Shown one piece after another: positions 13,798 through 26,044 of a stretch of 64,000 bases of DNA. Made by a program: the position numbers and the translations under genes. The notes beneath the pieces were generated by a model. It searched no databases. It was not told the origin of the DNA and was given only the letters and a program-made list of their open reading frames with translations. This DNA is from Macrostomum lignano (lineage: Eukaryota). Numbering within the stretch: the first letter of the stretch is position 1; the number at the start of each line of letters is the position of its first letter. Where the stretch lies: the NCBI GenBank assembly GCA_002269645.1, contig NIVC01000036.1, positions 310,001 through 374,000 of the forward strand. Direction: 5' to 3'.

Positions 13798-14319
13798 TCA
13801 AAGATTCACGGCAATTACATTCAGGCAGCAGATCTTCAATCAAAAGAACCATAGACAGACAAGTCGCCAAATATAAAGCCATAGACAAATAAGCTTTAGC
13901 GCACAGACAAACGAAAGCCATTCTTGCTGCATTTTGTAAAGTTAAATGGACCATAAACTAAAGAGTCTCACGGCCAGAATTTATTACGGTACCAACGAGG
14001 CCACTCCAGTAGTGACAAGTAGAAAAGTGTGGGAGACAATTAAGTATATACTAGCTAGAGCTGTCAAATTGACTTATACAGAATTTTAAGTAACTGTTCT
14101 TGAAGCCTTGAAACTTTATGCTCGTGCGAATATAAAAAATCTACATGGGCTCTTCCGATAGTTTAGTTTTGCTTAAATTAAATTAAAACTGACGAGTTTT
14201 TCTAGCAGGGAGTTCGCGTTTGTTCTCAGCGAAGCAGGCTTGTCTTGTGGTGCTGAAGTGATCCTTGCGCGGCGTTTGGGGCGCCAGAGTTGCGCCTGTT
14301 GCTCCTTGGCGACCTATTT

Positions 14320-14937
14320 GTTGGCGCCCCTGTCTCTTGGTTGGCGCCCCTGTCTCTTGGTTGGCACCCCTGTCTCTTGGATGGCGCCCCTGTGTCTTGG
14401 ATGGCGCTCATGTCTCTTGGATGGCGCCCCTGTCTCTTGGATGGCGCCCCTGTCTCTTGGATGGCGTCCCTGTCTCTTGGATGGCGCCCCTGTCTCTTGG
14501 TGGGCGCCCCTGTCTCTTGGATGGCGTCCCTGTCTCTTGGATGGCGCCCCTGTCTCTTGGATGGCGCCCCTCTCTCTCGGTGGGCGCCCCTGTCTCTTGG
14601 ATGGCGTCCCTGTCTCTTGGTTGGCGCCCCTGTCTCTTGGTGGGCGCCCCTGTCTCTTGGTGGGCGCCCCTGTCTCTTGGTGGGCGCCCCTGTCTCTTGG
14701 ATGGCGCCCCTGTCTCTTGGATGGCGTCCCTGTATCTTGGATGGCGCCCCTGTCTCTTGGATGGCGCCCCTGTCTCTTGGATGGCGCCCCTGTATCTTGG
14801 ATGGCGCCCCTGTCTCTTGGTGGGCGCCCCTGTCTCTTGGATGGCGTCTCTGTATCTTGGATGGCGCCCCTGTCTCTTGGTGGGCGCCCCTGTCTCTTGG
14901 ATGGCACCCCTCTCTCTCGGTGGGCGCCCCTGTCTTA
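14320..14937. repeat. 20-bp minisatellite GATGGCGCCCCTGTCTCTTG, about 31 copies (ataxin-1 intron)
   Basis: Direct. Confidence 0.96.
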
Positions 14938-15025
14938 TAGGGACGCCCTTATCCCTATTATGTCTATGGCACAATCTGAAGTTCAGAAATTCAAAATCGA
15001 AAATCAAGCCCAGCTCAGAACGCAC

Positions 15026-15781
15026 CTGCTTCCGCTCCGCACCGATCGACACCAGCTGCAGTGTGGAGGTGCCGTCAGTCCTGCTGTCTTCAACCTGAAC
15101 AAGCCGACAGTGAATCAGGCTGAAGCCGCTGGCTTGAGATTCGATTGCTGCAACAGCGGAAGCAGAAGAGGCCGCGGCAGGCACAGCGTTAGCCATTGCC
15201 GTCAGTTCGAAATCCTGCAGGGTGAGCTCTTCAACCCGCTTGAACCTGCCGCCCCAGATTGACAGGACTGTGCCTCTCCTGAACAGTTGGTTCACCATTG
15301 GCAGCGCTTCTGCACCGCTGCCGCTTGCTGCTGCTGCGACAGATCGATGCAGCCTTGGCTGAAGCTGACCCGGATGCAGATGAGGCTGCTGATGAGGCTG
15401 GAATTGAGGCGGCAGGCGGGGCACCTCAGCCATAGACAATGGCTGGTACCTGCCGCCAGGGTGCATCTGGTGCAGCATGGAGCGGCTGGCAGGGGGATAT
15501 TGTGGCGGCGGCGGCGGCGGATGCAGACCGAAGGCCGTCATCAGAGCCGCGGCATGCAGAGCCGGCGACAACTGCGGCTGCGGCGGCTGCGGTGGCGGCA
15601 GCTGCGGCGGTGGCTGGGGCGGCAGAGGATGCTGCAGCTGCGACATCAGCGAAGCCGACGACTGAGCAGTTTGCGGCCTCCAGATTGAAGAGGCGGCTGC
15701 TGCTGCCGCTGCTGCTGCGGCCGCTGTTGCTGTTGAATTTCCAGAAGAAGCTGTGGCCTTCTCCATCGTCAGGGTGCTCAT
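15026..15781 (-). CDS. ATXN1: Ataxin-1-like gene, exon 1 (252 codons; Ala/Pro/Gln-rich N-terminus plus first half of the AXH domain)
   Basis: ATG at 15781. LFRRGTVLSIWGGRFKRVEELTLQDF and VEDSRTDGTSTLQLVSIGAERKQ align by eye to AXH (YFMKGSIIQLANGELKKVEDLKTEDF...IEDSHSPGVAVIQFAVGEHRAQ). Donor CAG|GTGCGT at 15026/15025, phase 0. Confidence 0.85.
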
Positions 15782-16299
15782 CTCACTGTCTGCCGGTGGA
15801 AGTTGTTGCTTTTAGTAATTTTTCAAGACGTTTTTTTGGTTATTAAAAAGTTCGACACGACTAGGGTTCTGCAGCTACTGAAATTATGAATATGAATATT
15901 TGGTGGCCGGGTTGGCCGGACGCAGGAGCTGCTCCCAGCCAATGGCAGCGAATCGGTTCCCCTCTTTGTCCCGAATCACTGAGCCCCGCGGTCTCAGCCC
16001 CTCCCGCTGTTAACATAAACTAGATCTAATTGGCTTGGATTTATGATTTATTAATTCCCAAACTTGTGCCGCCCACTGTGGCTGATGCCATGCCGAAGTC
16101 AGAACCTGCAGAACGTGTTGGAATGCGCTTTTTAAAAAAGCATATTTATTTATGTAGGGACAGAGAATGGAGAGACGGTCGGTCTTGCTGAAAGCTGATT
16201 CCCAACAATCGGAGAGAGTTTGATGGAGTAGATCGAAAAGAACAGATAAGATTGTTTTAAAAAAATATTCGAAAATGAATTGCAGAGCCAAATATTTCA

Positions 16300-16620
16300 G
16301 AGATCATAGAGAATAGATCAGATAGAATAGATTAGAGAGAATAAATCAGAGAGAATAGATTAGAGAGAATAAATCAGAGAGAATAGATCAGAGAGAAAAG
16401 ATTATAGAGAATAGATTAGAACTAGCATAGATTAGAAAGAATAGATTAGTGAGTATAGATTAGAGAGAATATATAAGAGAGAATAGATCAGAGAGAATAG
16501 ATCGGAGCGAATGGATTAGATAGAATTGATCAGAGAGAATAGATCAGAGAGAATAAGATCAGAGAGAATAGATTAGATAGAATTGATCAGAGAGAATAAA
16601 CCAGAGAGAGTAGATTAGAG
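16300..16620. repeat. Degenerate GAGAGAATAGAT(C/T)A array
   Basis: Direct. Confidence 0.88.
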
Positions 16621-16879
16621 ATAATTAACTGATCGACGAATTAAAAAATTTCTGCATGACGCCTCAGCGAATCGTTTTGCCGAGTTGCCAAATTACAATC
16701 CCAATTAAAGAGGCAATTAGATGACATGCAAGGCAGGTACTCAAGAAGGGCAGGGTTACCCCAGCCACCCCTACATGCGGTTAACGTGAGAAATGCATTC
16801 AACCAAATAAAACAGCCCTGTGTGCTGTTTGGTTCCGAAAACATTCACTTCCGTTTATGGTTACGAATAGTCTGCTGAC

Positions 16880-19800
16880 GAGGGATTAGAATGGATTGCT
16901 AATCTATTCAGACACAATATGGATGAAGCATTAGAGAGGATTGCTAATCTATTGAGACACAATATAGATGAAGGACTAGAGAGGACTGCTAATCTATTGA
17001 GACACAATATGGATGAAGGATTAGAGAGGACTGCTAATCTATTGAGACACAATATGGATGAAGGATTAGAGTGGATTGCTAATCTATTGAGACACAATAT
17101 GGATGAAGGATTAGAATGGATTGCTAATCTATTGATTCACAATATGGATGAAGGATTAGAGTGGATTGCTAATCTATTGAGGCACAATATGGATGAAGGA
17201 TTAGAATGGATTGCTAATCTATTGAGACACAATATGGGTGAAGGATTAGAGTGGATTGCTAATCTAATGACACACAATATGGATGAAGCATTAGAGTGGA
17301 TTGCTAATCTATTGAGACACAATATGGATGAAGCATTAGAGTGGATTGCTAATCTATTGAGACACAATATGGATGAAGCATTAGAGTGGATTGCTAATCT
17401 ATTGAGACACAATATGGATGAAGGATTAGAGTGGATTGCTAATCTAATGACACACAATATGGATGAAGCATTAGAGTGGATTGCTAATCTATTGATTCAC
17501 AATATGGATGAAGGATTAGAGTGGATTGCTAATCTAATGACACACAATATGGATGAAGCATTAGAGTGGATTGCTAATCTATTGAGACACAATATGGATG
17601 AAGCATTAGAGTGGATTGCTAATCTATTGAGACACAATATGGATGAAGGATTAGAGTGGATTGCTAATCTAATGACACACAATATGGATGAAGCATTAGA
17701 GTGGATTGCTAATCTATTGAGACACAATATGGCTGAGGGATAAGAGTGGATTGCTAATCTATTGATTCACAATATGGATGAAGGATTAGAGTGGATTGCT
17801 AATCTACTGAGGCACAATATGGATGAAGGATTAGAATGGATTGCTAATCTATTGAGTCACAATATGGATGAAGGATTAGAGTGGATTGCTAATCTATTGA
17901 GACACAATATGGATGAAGGATTAGAGTGGATTGCTAATCTACTGAGGCACAATATGGATGAAGGATTAGAGTGGATTGCTAATCTATTGAGACTCAATAT
18001 GGATGAAGGATTAGAGTGGATTGCTAATCTATTGAGACACAATATGGATGAAGGATTAGAGTGGATTGCTAATCTATTGAGACTCAATATGGATGAAGGA
18101 TTAGAGTGGATTGCTAATCTATTGAGACACAATATGGATGAAGGATTAGAGTGGATTGCTAATCGATTGAGTCACAATATGGATGAAGGATTAGAGTGGA
18201 TTGCTAATCTATTGAGACACAATATGGATGAAGGATTAGAGTGGATTGCTAATCTACTGAGGCACAATATGGATGAAGGATTAGAGAGGATTGCTAATCT
18301 ATTGAGACTCAATATGGATGAAGGATTAGAGTGGATTGCTAATCTATTGAGACACAATATGGATGAAGGATTAGAATCGATTGTTAATCTACTGAGACAC
18401 AATATGGATGAAGGATTAGAATGGATTGCTAATATATTGACACACAATATGGATGAAGGATTAGAATGGATTGCTAATCTATTGACACACAATATGGATG
18501 AAGGATTAGAATGGATTGCTAATATATTGAGGCAAAATATGGATGAAGGATTAGAATGGATTGCTAATCTACTGAGACACAATATGGATGAAGGATTAGA
18601 ATGGATTGCTAATATATTGAGACACAATATGGATGAAGGATTAGAATGGATTGCTAATCTATTGAGACACAATATGGATGAAGGATTAGAGTGGATTGCT
18701 AATCTATTGAGACACAATATGGCTGAGGGATAAGAGTGGATTGCTAATCTATTGATTCACAATATGGATGAAGGATTAGAGTGGATTGCTAATCTATTGA
18801 TTCACAATATGGATGAAGGATTAGAGTGGATTGCTAATCTATTGAGATACAATATAGATGAAGGATTAGAGTGGATTGTTAATCTATTGAGACACAATAT
18901 GGATGAGGGATTAGAGTGGATTGCTAATCTATTGAGATACAATATGGATGAAGGATTAGAGTGGATTGCTAATCTATTGAGACACAATATGGATGAAGGA
19001 TTAGAATGGATTGCTAATCTATTGAGACACAATATGGATGAAGGATTAGAGTGGATTGCTAATCTATTGAAACACAAGATGGATGAAGGATTAGAGTGGA
19101 TTGCTAATCTATTGAGACACAATATGGCTGAGGGATAAGAGTGGATTGCTAATCTATTGATTCACAATATGGATGAAGGATTAGAGTGGATTGCTAATCT
19201 ATTGAGGCACAATATGGATGAAGGATTAGAGTGGATTGCTAATCTATTGAGACACAATATGGGTGAAGGATTAGAGTGGATTGCTAATCTAATGACACAC
19301 AATATGGATGAAGCATTAGAGTGGATTGCTAATCTATTGAGACACAATATGGATGAAGCATTAGAGTGGATTGCTAATCTATTGAGACACAATATGGATG
19401 AAGCATTAGAGTGGATTGCTAATCTATTGAGACACAATATGGATGAAGGATTAGAGTGGATTGCTAATCTAATGACACACAATATGGATGAAGCATTAGA
19501 GTGGATTGCTAATCTATTGATTCACAATATGGATGAAGGATTAGAGTGGATTGCTAATCTAATGACACACAATATGGATGAAGCATTAGAGTGGATTGCT
19601 AATCTATTGAGACACAATATGGATGAAGCATTAGAGTGGATTGCTAATCTATTGAGACACAATATGGATGAAGCATTAGAGTGGATTGCTAATCTATTGA
19701 GACACAATATGGATGAAGCATTAGAGTGGATTGCTAATCTATTGAGACACAATATGGCTGAGGGATAAGAGTGGATTGCTAATCTATTGATTCACAATAT

Positions 19801-20935
19801 GGATGAAGGATTAGAGTGGATTGCTAATCTATTGAGGCACAATATGGATGAAGGATTAGAATGGATTGCTAATCTATTGAGTCACAATATGGATGAAGGA
19901 TTAGAGTGGATTGCTAATCTATTGAGACACAATATGGATGAAGGATTAGAGTGGATTGCTAATCTACTGAGGCACAATATGGATGAAGGATTAGAGAGGA
20001 TTGCTAATCTATTGAGACTCAATATGGATGAAGGATTAGAGTGGATTGCTAATCTATTGAGACACAATATGGATGAGGGATTAGAGTGGATTGCTAATCT
20101 ATTGAGACTCAATATGGATGAAGGATTAGAGTGGATTGCTAATCTATTGAGACACAATATGGATGAAGGATTAGAGTGGATTGCTAATCGATTGAGTCAC
20201 AATATGGATGAAGGATTAGAGTGGATTGCTAATCTATTGAGACACAATATGGATGAAGGATTAGAGTGGATTGCTAATCTACTGAGGCACAATATGGATG
20301 AAGGATTAGAGAGGATTGCTAATCTATTGAGACTCAATATGGATGAAGGATTAGAGTGGATTGCTAATCTATTGAGACACAATATGGATGAAGGATTAGA
20401 ATCGATTGTTAATCTACTGAGACACAATATGGATGAAGGATTAGAATGGATTGCTAATATATTGACACACAATATGGATGAAGGATTAGAATGGATTGCT
20501 AATCTATTGACACACAATATGGATGAAGGATTAGAATGGATTGCTAATATATTGAGGCAAAATATGGATGAAGGATTAGAATGGATTGCTAATCTACTGA
20601 GACACAATATGGATGAAGGGTTAGAATGGATTGCTAATATATTGAGGCAAAATATAGATGAAGGATTAGAATGGATTGCTAATCTACTGAGACACAATAT
20701 GGATGAAGGATTAGAATGGATTGCTAATCTATTGACACACGAATGGATTGCTAATCTATTGACACACAATATGGATGAAGGACTAGAGAGGATTGCTAAT
20801 CTATTGAGACACAATATGGATGAAGGATTAGAGTGGATTGCTAATCTATTGAGACACAATATGGATGAAGGATTAGAGAGGATTGCTTATCTATTGAGAC
20901 ACAATATGGATGAAGGATTAGAGAGGATTGCTAAC
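16880..20935. repeat. 45-bp minisatellite, about 90 copies, with an internal 2025-bp-offset duplication
   Basis: Direct. Identical variant patterns at 17137-17457 and 19162-19482. Confidence 0.98.
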
Positions 20936-21186
20936 TATGAAACTCGAACTAGTTAATACTTTAAAGTACACATTGGAATAGAAATACGAGAGTAATATTC
21001 TTTGACCTTGTCACTTAGGCGAAAATGTACAATAAAGGTTCATGTCGGACTGGCTGATCTACCAACAAAATATTCAGTAGCATGGGTAATTGCATTGTTT
21101 ATCTTACAGAAGTCAAGTAGTCTCAAGTAGTTTTCAAGTAGTCTGGGTTCTTACAGTATTATGCAACAATTATTTTTGCATTCGAT

Positions 21187-21411
21187 TCACTCCCACGGTT
21201 GTTGCATGAATAAATTCAATAGAACTACGATTATGGTAATTAGGAAGCCACACAACAGCCGCTGGTCCACCCTCTGAGTGCACTTTTGGCGTGTCCTCTT
21301 TTGGCCCGACTGGTTGGATGCGGAAGGCATGAACGCTAGCGATTGAGCCTGGCTATCAGGTCTCTTTTGGCTGGACTCTTTTCTGCCCCTTTTAAACTCA
21401 TCCTTGTCCAT
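21187..21411 (-). CDS. Possible small ORF or terminal exon with a C-terminal transmembrane anchor (74 aa)
   Basis: MDKDEF...KRTRQKCTQRVDQR-LLCGFLITIIVVLLNLFM-QQPWE*: a basic stretch, then a hydrophobic helix, then a short tail. No recognisable family or clear acceptor. Confidence 0.25.
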   Translation of the reverse strand: MDKDEFKRGRKESSQKRPDSQAQSLAFMPSASNQSGQKRTRQKCTQRVDQRLLCGFLITIIVVLLNLFMQQPWE

Positions 21412-22140
21412 CTCTCCCCATCTTCTCTCACCCACTCCCTCTCTCCCTCTCTCTAACCTCTCACCCTCTCCCTCTCCCTCTCTCTCCTCTCCCTCTCAAA
21501 CTCTCCTTCTCACCCTCTCCCTCTCACCCTCTCCCCTCTCTCCCCTCTCTCCCTCTCCCTCTCAAACTCTCCTTCTCACCCTCTCCCTCTCACCCTCTCC
21601 CCTCTCTCCCTCTCCCTCTCACCCTCTCCCTCTCTCCCCTCTCTTCCTCTCCTCCTCTCTCCCTCTCCCTCTCACCCTCTCTCCCCATCTCTTCCTCTCT
21701 CCCCTCTCTTCCTCTCTCCCCTCTCTCCCTCTCTCTCTCACCCCTCTCACCCTCTCCCCCCTCTCACCCTCTCCCTCTCACCCTCTCCCTCTCACCCTCT
21801 CCCTATATCCCCCTCTCTCCCCTCTCTCCCCTCTCTCCCCCGCTCCTTTCTCTCCATCTTTCTCTCCCCTCCCTCTCCTTCTCTTCCATCTCTTTGCCTT
21901 TCTTTCTCGACTCAGTCCCTCTCCTTCTCTCCCCCCTCTCCTTTCCCTACCCTTCTCTCACTTTCTCTCTCCCCTTCTCCTCTAAATCTCGCCCTCTCTA
22001 TCTTCCTCTCCCTCTATCTCTGTCCTCTCTCCTCCTTCTCCCTCCCCTCTCCCTTTCCCATCTACACCTCTCTCTCAGATCTTCTCTCGTTCTAACTTCC
22101 TCTCTCTCCTTCTCCCCATCTTCTCTTCCCATCTCCCTTT
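21408..22140. repeat. Pyrimidine-rich CT low-complexity tract
   Basis: Direct. Confidence 0.92.
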
Positions 22141-22414
22141 CTCATATTGTGTGTCACTGTTACACCTCATAATTCTCCTGTTTCATATTTTGAACTTTGC
22201 GCTAAATTTTTGAACAATATTCGGCAGTGCAGCAGAGATATGTGAGCTCACCCGGCCGTAGGCAGGAGGGCAAATTTGCAACCAGCTGGCGGGTCAGTGT
22301 CACTATACCTGCACAACAGCGCAATTTGTATCTTATCAAAATCTAAAGTGAAGTTTATACGCGGAGAGGGCATTTAGCGGCCCTGCCGCGGGATTGCGCG
22401 GCGATAACGGAGCA

Positions 22415-22424
22415 GTCACGTGAC
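22415..22424. promoter_or_regulatory. Palindromic extended E-box GTCACGTGAC (USF/TFEB CLEAR-type) in a CpG-rich patch
   Basis: Motif match only; target gene unknown. Confidence 0.25.
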
Positions 22425-22567
22425 CCAATTGATTATTTTTAAACATTACGTTATTAATTGCGCAAACTGTAACCATGTTTCAAGTGAATCTTTTGGCTCA
22501 GTTTGCATTGTGGCTGCTTTTTGAAGAAACTTTTTACGATGAAAATTGCCAAAGACTCGATGGTCGA

Positions 22568-23104
22568 AGACTCAAAGGGGAATTGCTCAGATAGCCATAG
22601 ACTCAAAGGGGAATTGCTCAGATAGCCATAGACTCAAAGGGGAATTGCTCAGATAGCCATAGACTCAAAGGGGAATTGCTCAGATAGCCATAGACTCAAA
22701 GGGGAATTGCTCAGATGGCCATAGACTCAAAGGGGAATTGCTCAGACAGCCATAGACTCAAAGGGGAATTGCTCAGACAGCCATAGACTCAAAGGGGAAT
22801 TGCTCAGATGGCCATAGACTCAAAGGGGAATTGCTCAGATAGCCATAGACTCAAAGGGGAATTGCTCAGATGGCCATAGACTCAAAGGGGAATTGCTCAG
22901 ACAGCCATAGACTCAAAGGGGAATTGCTCAGACAGCCATAGACTCAAAGGGGAATTGCTCAGATGGCCATAGACTCAAAGGGGAATTGCTCAGACAGCCA
23001 TAGACTCAAAGGGGAATTGCTCAGATGGCCATAGACTCAAAGGGGAATTGCTCAGACAGCCATAGACTCAAAGGGGAATTGCTCAGATGGCCATAGACTC
23101 AAAG
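22568..23104. repeat. 31-bp minisatellite AGACTCAAAGGGGAATTGCTCAGATAGCCAT, about 17 copies
   Basis: Direct. No spacers between units. Confidence 0.96.
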
Positions 23105-23679
23105 GAAGAAAAATTAAAAAGGAAAAGGTTTGCAATCCTTAAATTTACCGTCAGTTGCAAGATTCGCTGGTCAAAGCGGCTCCAATCTGAATCATTATTA
23201 AATGATCTGAATCAATATAACTTGAAAAAGCATGTGAAATTGGTTGACAAAAATTCAAAATAACTTAACATTCGACTCAAATAGCCGCTAGTTTTGAGAG
23301 CAACAACTGTTCGAATTAAGAGAAGGCACTGTGGGTGGGTGGGTGGTTTGTCGAACGTGCAACACCCGCGACTCCGAGATAGGCGAGGGGGGGCGGAGGA
23401 GGGGTCAGTGGGGCCGAGAAACGCTGGTACAGACAGGTAAAAAAAAGTTACGTAGGCGGTAGCCAATTAAAATTGTGCCTACGCTAACTCTAGTGTATTA
23501 TAGGCTACTATGTGGCTTAAGAGTATTTTACGTTGTAAACCTGCAACTCCCCAGTTTTGCCCCCAGCTATTCTGAAATGTTACGCCTTCTGTATAGTTTT
23601 GGATATTGTTTGTTGGCCCTGCTCTGCCATCTGTCATCTTCTCTCTCTCCTTCTCGGCCCCACTCTCACCCTCTCTCCT

Positions 23680-24212
23680 TTAGCTACTCTAACTTTACTA
23701 CTTTACCTTAGCTACTCTACTTAAGCGAATTTACCTTATCTATCCTAACTTAGCTACTCTACTTTAGCTACCCTACTTTAGCTACTCTATTTTAGCTACT
23801 CTCCTTTAGCTACTCTATTTTAGCTACCCTACTTTAGCAACACTATTTTTGCTACCCTACTTTAGCTACTCTACTTTAGCTACCCTACTTTAGCTACCCT
23901 ACTTTAGCTATCCTACATTAGCTACTCTACTTTAGCTACCCTACTTTAGCTACCCTACTTTAGCTACCCTACTTTAGCTACCCGACTTTAGCTACCCGAC
24001 TTTAGCTACCCTACTTTAGCTACTCTATTTCAGCTACCCTACTTTAGCTACCCTACTTTAGCTACTCTAATTTAGCTACTCTTTTTTAGCTACCCTACTT
24101 TGGGTACACTTTTTTTGCTACCCTACTTTAGCTACTCTAATTTAGCTACTCTTTTTTAGCTACCTTACTTTAGCTACCCTACTTTAGCTACCCTACTTTA
24201 GCTACTCTACTA
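23680..24212. repeat. 14-bp array TTTAGCTAC(C/T)CTAC (left arm of an inverted pair)
   Basis: Direct. Confidence 0.92.
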
Positions 24213-24984
24213 GCCGTGAAATTCTTGCTCCAGTGGCAACCAGACAGTCAACAAACAGTCATTCAGCGTGCACCCCGCACGGAATGACATTTCATTTCAT
24301 TTCTCGCCTTTAAGCGGGTCCCAGTCTCATGAAAACCGCACAAACTAAATAGTCCAGCAATTATAGTATTAACAAATATAGAGAAGGTAGCGAGTAATTA
24401 AATGCTGTAAAACGACAACCACCCCTTTTTTGTAGCAGATTCGCTACACCCTACTCGAATATTGTGCGCTTGTGCTTACGTTCAAATTAGCCGTGTAGTT
24501 AATGAGTCGCTCCGCGCGCAGAAGCTATTTACGACAGTTTTTATAACGTAGCTTTCAGCTATTGCACGGCAGGGCTGTATAACAAACAGGTCTTTATATA
24601 AATTCACAGAAACAACGCCTACGCAACTACGAGCGTAGATATTGTGCGCGAGAGACACTGGAGAAGAATGAGTAAGGAAGAGACAATGTTGAGTAGATTC
24701 CTGATAACAAACTCGAAAGTTGAATAGCGCTCCCTGATATAAGAAAATATTTAGTGGAATGAAACCATAAAACAGCAAAAAGGCGAAGATGTGCGACACT
24801 TGCCGATGTGAATGGAGAGATTAGAGTTTGGGATGAAGCTAGAGAGGGATAGATGTTGCGCAGAAATAGAGGAAAAGAGTATTCAATGGGAGACGATGGG
24901 TAGAGTAGGGGAGGGAGTATAGTAGCTAACAGTAGTCAAGAGTACCAAATTAGATGATGTTAGTTAAGGCAGAGTAAGTAGAAA

Positions 24985-25840
24985 GACAAGGTAGAGTATC
25001 TAAGGTAGAGTAGCTAAGGTAGGGCAGCTAAGGTAGAATAGCTAAGATAGAGTAGCTAAGTTAGGGTAGCTAAGGTAGAGTAGCAAAGTTAGGGTAGATA
25101 AGGTAGAGTAGCTAAGGTAGTGTAGCTAAGGTAGAGTAGCTAAGGTAGTGTAGCTAATGTAGAGTAGCTAAGGTAGTGTAGCTAATGTAGAGTAGCTAAG
25201 GTAGTGTAGCTAAGGTAGTGTAGCTAAGGTAGAGTAGCTAAGGTAGTGTAGCTAATGTAGAGTAGCTAAAGTAGGATAGCTAATGTAGAGTAGCTAAGGT
25301 AGTGTAGCTAATGTAGAGTAGCTAAGGTAGTGTAGCTAAGGTAGAGTAGCTAAGGTAGTGCAGCTAATGTAGAGTAGCTAAGGTAGGATAGCTAAGGTAG
25401 AGTAGCTAAGGTAGGATAGCTAAGGTAGGATAGCTAAGGTAGGATAGCTAAGGTAGGATAGCTAAGATATAGTAGCTAAGAGTAGAGTAGCTAAGGTAGA
25501 GTAGCTAAGAGTAGAGTAGCTAAGGTAGAGTAGCTAAGAGTAGAGTAGCTAAGGTAGAGTAGCTAAGAGTAGAGTAGCTAAGGTAGAGTAGCTAAGGTAG
25601 AGTAGCTAAGGTAGAGTAGCTAAAGTAGAGTAGCTAAGGTAGAGTAGCTAAGGTAGAGTAGCTAAGGTAGAGTAGCTAAGGTAGAGTAGCTAAGGTAGAG
25701 TAGCTAAGGTAGAGTAGCTAAGGTAGAGTAGCCAAGAGTAGAGTAGCTAAGGTAGAGTAGCCAAGAGTAGAGTAGCTAAGGTAGAGTAGCCAAGAGTAGA
25801 GTAGCTAAGGTAGAGTAGCCAAGAGTAGAGTAGCTAAAGA
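24985..25840. repeat. 14-bp array GTAGAGTAGCTAAG (right arm; reverse complement of the left arm)
   Basis: Direct. Confidence 0.93.
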
Positions 25841-26044
25841 AGAGTGAGGCTAAAAAATAGAAAGCTAAGCTGATCGAAAATTTAGCGAGCAGAAGTCCAC
25901 ATTCCAGGTTAAACTGACAATCTATGGTACAAGCAGATTGAATGCAATTGCTGGCAAAAGACACCAGCTAAAAGCATCACTTAGTAAATTACTATGAGCT
26001 ACATAAAATCGCATCATTAGGATATTATTAACAACCCTGAGGCC

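Noticed and set aside
16880-20956. Long ORFs of the 15-aa repeat MDEGLEWIANLLRHN, which looks like an amphipathic repeat protein
   Set aside because: My tally of distinct variants is about 6 synonymous, about 25 non-synonymous and 2 stop-creating, roughly the neutral ratio. Recurrent TAA variants break the frame, and the 45-bp unit explains the open frames.
22565-22575. CGAAGACTCAA resembling part of a flatworm spliced-leader sequence as I recall it
   Set aside because: Only about 11 nt match, with no donor, Sm site or SL RNA stem-loops; likely chance.
22568-23104. 31-bp direct repeats resembling a CRISPR array
   Set aside because: Head-to-tail units with no unique spacers, no cas genes, and a eukaryotic context. 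The same applies to the other 30-38 bp arrays.
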